The position numbers were made by a program, and so were the translations under genes. Shown piece by piece: positions 63,048 through 64,000 of a stretch of DNA of 64,000 nucleotides (the first letter of the stretch is position 1; every line of letters starts with the position of its first letter). The notes below the pieces were generated by a model that had not been told where the DNA came from, did no database searches, and was given only the letters and a program-made list of their open reading frames with translations. Source of the DNA: Neocallimastix sp. 'constans' (Eukaryota); the NCBI GenBank assembly GCA_050613775.1, contig JBODTK010000001.1, forward strand, positions 1,736,001 to 1,800,000, read 5' to 3'.

Positions 63048-63286
63048 AACAAGGAGCGGATAGAGCTCATACACAGTGTATTCTCAGATAGCAACAAATT
63101 AACTCTATTCATAGTAGGTTATTGAATAGTAGTTAATTTGGAGATTAATTGGAAAGTAGACGAAGGTATTTGGTTACCGACCCGGTAATAATAGTTCAAC
63201 CTTCAACGTTTCAACACACGAAGGTGCGGGTACTTTCCAAGCACTGGCGAATAAGGAGCTTACGTCACCGAAGGCGTAAGATTGTT
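63048..63286 (+). ncRNA. Candidate multi-stem structured RNA in leader (family unknown)
   Basis: CAAATTAACT/AGTTAATTTG, CTATTCA/TGAATAG, TTGGAAAGTA/TACTTTCCAA, CAGTGT/GCACTG, GAAGGT/ACCTTC, CTTACGTC/GGCGTAAG. Confidence 0.55.
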
Positions 63287-63541
63287 TTTTTTATATAATT
63301 TTTTTTACTTTTCTTTGTGCTAGTTATAAGGCACTTTATTATATAAAGTATCAGACTTTGGCTAACTTCGCCATTTAAATTTTTTTTATTTTTTTTTATT
63401 ACTGGTACTTTATTTGTTATATAATTCCTGTAATAGAATCTTAATTTACTTTGAAAATATTGTGTTTTTAGTTAATTTTTATTAGTTAATAAAAATATTA
63501 TTGAATACTTTTAAAATTTTTTTATTCCGTACATAGATTAT

Positions 63542-63688
63542 CGGATTAAGTTTATCCTACATAGTAATTGGGCTAGTGGGCTCTGAACTGCTATATTTTA
63601 TATTGAATATAGTAATCGTGGCACACGCGTGGCATGACACCATTAGGTAAGCTGCACGTCAGACAGTGTGTACTATCAGATTGTACGA
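63542..63688 (+). ncRNA. Conserved ~150-nt structured leader motif, copy A
   Basis: Homologous to 31787..31939(-), with compensatory and G-U-compatible changes. Confidence 0.6.
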
Positions 63689-63857
63689 CAATAAAGATTA
63701 TTTTTTTGTATTTAATAATTATAATTAATTAATAATTTTATTAGCTATAACAATACAATATTTATCGTTTAAAAAGAAAAATTTTTGAAAGGTGAAAATA
63801 ATAAATAAAACTTTGCTTCTAAATTTATTACTACAAATATACTAAATTACAAAATTC

Positions 63858-64000
63858 AAGTGGTCGATAAAGATTTCGAGCTTGAAAAATATTCTATTAA
63901 GTTGTCGATAAAGATTTCGAACTTAAAATTATTCTATTAAGTTGTCGATAAAGATTTCGAACTTAAAATTATTCTTAAAAAAGTAGTCGAAAAGAACCTC
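63858..64000 (+). repeat. ~40-bp tandem repeat (3-4 copies) in leader
   Basis: Unit GTTGTCGATAAAGATTTCGAACTTAAAATTATTCTATTAA. Confidence 0.85.

Larger units (their letters stand above)
61968..64000 (+). mobile_element. 5' part of a tRNA-Ala-primed Gypsy element (LTR 61968..62836, PBS 62843..62860, long leader) running out of the window
   Basis: TGATAAG...CTTAACA termini; PBS identical to 32092-32109; shares the 150-nt leader motif with that element. Confidence 0.8.

Overview
Extremely AT-rich eukaryotic genomic DNA. Composition, homopolymer runs and gene style suggest an anaerobic gut fungus (Neocallimastigomycota); this is an inference. 1-19 kb is nearly featureless AT-rich sequence with a decayed Mutator-like (MULE) transposase near 1.2-2.1 kb. 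The only clear host gene is 19039..20886: signal peptide, RlpA-like/expansin-type double-psi beta-barrel, Thr-rich stalk, charged coil and C-terminal transmembrane helix. 22-64 kb is a nested retroelement cluster. It contains LINE (APE+RT) fragments stacked in each other's poly(A) tails and at least seven Ty3/Gypsy elements plus solo LTRs. One element looks intact and young (49443..55815: 651-bp LTRs, 5-bp TSD, -1 frameshift signal). One chromovirus has lost RT/RNase H in frame but keeps Gag-PR-IN-chromodomain. The most unusual non-coding signals are: (1) a tRNA-spaced Pol III A-box/B-box cassette inside an LTR, with a second element inserted just upstream of it; (2) a ~150-nt GC-rich RNA motif with compensatory changes shared by two retrotransposon leaders; (3) two larger hairpin-rich leader domains that share 8-10-mers in different order; (4) tRNA-independent self-priming sites in three LTR families; (5) LTRs inserted end-to-end, 4-7 bp apart. 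All alignments and folds were done by eye.
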